From assembly GCA_018895275.1 (NCBI GenBank), contig JAHIOQ010000073.1, positions 11,472 through 75,471 on the forward strand: 64,000 bases of DNA, in the 5' to 3' direction. A program made the position numbers and the translations under genes. Positions 63,205 to 64,000 of this stretch are shown here, in pieces. The notes beneath the pieces were generated by a model, which saw nothing but the letters and a program-made list of their open reading frames with translations, did no database searches and was not told where the DNA came from. Numbering within the stretch: position 1 is the stretch's first letter; the number at the start of each line of letters is the position of its first letter. Source of the DNA: Candidatus Omnitrophota bacterium. Its GTDB lineage: Bacteria; Omnitrophota; Gorgyraeia; B26-G9.

Positions 63205-63879
63205 ATGAGGTGGTTTAATGTCGTGAAAAAACATATTTTTATTGCTTTGATTTTTTTCTTCCCGCTATCGGCGCATGCTGTCACCTATGATGATATTCTG
63301 GCGCACAAAGCAAACTCGTCAAAGCCGTATTGGGGTGATTATTACCAATACAAGAATATTAAATGGATTTCTCATCAGCCATATTTTGAGGGTGCCACCG
63401 ATGAGCAGATGAAGGAGTTGGAGAAGGCGGCCCTTGAAGAGGTTGATGACAGAGGACAGATAGATATCGGTAGTGTGGATTTTAATGGCGATGGTAAGGA
63501 ACAATATCTAAAGGTTATCTGGACTGCATACGGGGGCCCTGCCAAAGGATTGGTGATCGAAGCATATCAAGATAAGGCATTGAAAAATAAAATAGCGACC
63601 GTCAGCCCCCAAAGTGAAGGATACCATCCAAATTTTAAGGTTGAGGACCTAGATTCTGATGGCAAGCTGGAGCTTATTACGTTCGCTGGGGTGCCAGACC
63701 CTAATATGTCAGGCATGGTTGATGACAAGAAGCCTTTTGAACCGCGCTTCGCAGATCGTTTCTTAAGAGTTGGCATTTATAAATACAAAGACGGCACTCT
63801 GAAATTAAGTCGGCAGTATCTTACAAAAGGCAAATTCGAGCCGCATTATATGCCGCCTGATACAAAGTTGCCTAAATAG
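63205..63879 (+). CDS. Secreted hypothetical protein with FG-GAP/VCBS-like Ca-binding loops
   Basis: Signal peptide IALIFFFPLSAHA. Motifs DFNGDGKEQ and DLDSDGKLE. Confidence 0.55.
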   Translation: MRWFNVVKKHIFIALIFFFPLSAHAVTYDDILAHKANSSKPYWGDYYQYKNIKWISHQPYFEGATDEQMKELEKAALEEVDDRGQIDIGSVDFNGDGKEQYLKVIWTAYGGPAKGLVIEAYQDKALKNKIATVSPQSEGYHPNFKVEDLDSDGKLELITFAGVPDPNMSGMVDDKKPFEPRFADRFLRVGIYKYKDGTLKLSRQYLTKGKFEPHYMPPDTKLPK

Positions 63880-64000
63880 AAATGACCGAATGACGGTTAG
63901 ATACGCGTATAAATAATTTCCAGAAGGGTTGAATTGTGAAAACCGAGTGTACCGATCGAAAACAGGGACTAGAGTTGCTTCGGAAAGCGATTGGGCAACC

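Noticed and set aside
63936-64000. ORF starting GTG 63936 and running off the window (VKTECTDRKQGLELLRKAIGQ...)
   Set aside because: Only 21 codons are visible, so it is not interpretable.

Overview
This 64-kb window reads like an uncultured anaerobe, and all confident genes but one lie on the + strand. I recognised no rRNA, tRNA or CRISPR array. From left to right the content is:

- **1-7.0 kb:** a multimeric [FeFe]-hydrogenase (NuoF-like subunit cut by the window edge, then HydA), followed by a TM1266-type regulator and the maturases hydF-hydG-hydE.
- **7.3-10.4 kb:** a hypothetical gene, a GT9 heptosyltransferase (the only confident minus-strand gene) and a flavodoxin-fold NAD(P)H oxidoreductase, set in long repeat-rich intergenic DNA.
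- **10.8-22.2 kb:** a 1192-aa protein with three tandem LuxR-type HTH units, then a complete Pho regulon (phoB/phoR-like, pstS-C-A, two pstB, phoU).
- **22.3-37.6 kb:** an M50 protease, a thermonuclease, a YgjP-like metallopeptidase, a 1766-aa kinase-like/STAND/GAF/histidine-kinase sensor with its receiver, a decayed CDF transporter, an atypical PurF-like gene, a REC-HK hybrid, and a TolC-MacA-MacB efflux operon.
- **37.7-47.3 kb:** an IS200/RAYT-type Y1 transposase, a Nudix fusion, a membrane protein, a 1488-aa histidine-kinase-like giant with its receiver, and hypotheticals.
- **47.3-63.2 kb:** a defence/mobile-remnant island. It holds a RAYT remnant, a decayed nucleotidyltransferase cassette, an excisionase-like HTH, one decayed and one intact AbiE pair, a zinc-ribbon miniprotein, RadC, and a type I R-M operon (hsdR-M-S).

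The strongest candidate for a new system sits at the 3' end of that R-M operon. A SIR2-domain protein (58746..59933) and a 1072-aa helical protein of unknown function (59935..63153) are fused translationally to hsdS. I read this as a split SIR2 effector plus sensor module.

Several families of structured or phased intergenic repeats are also present.
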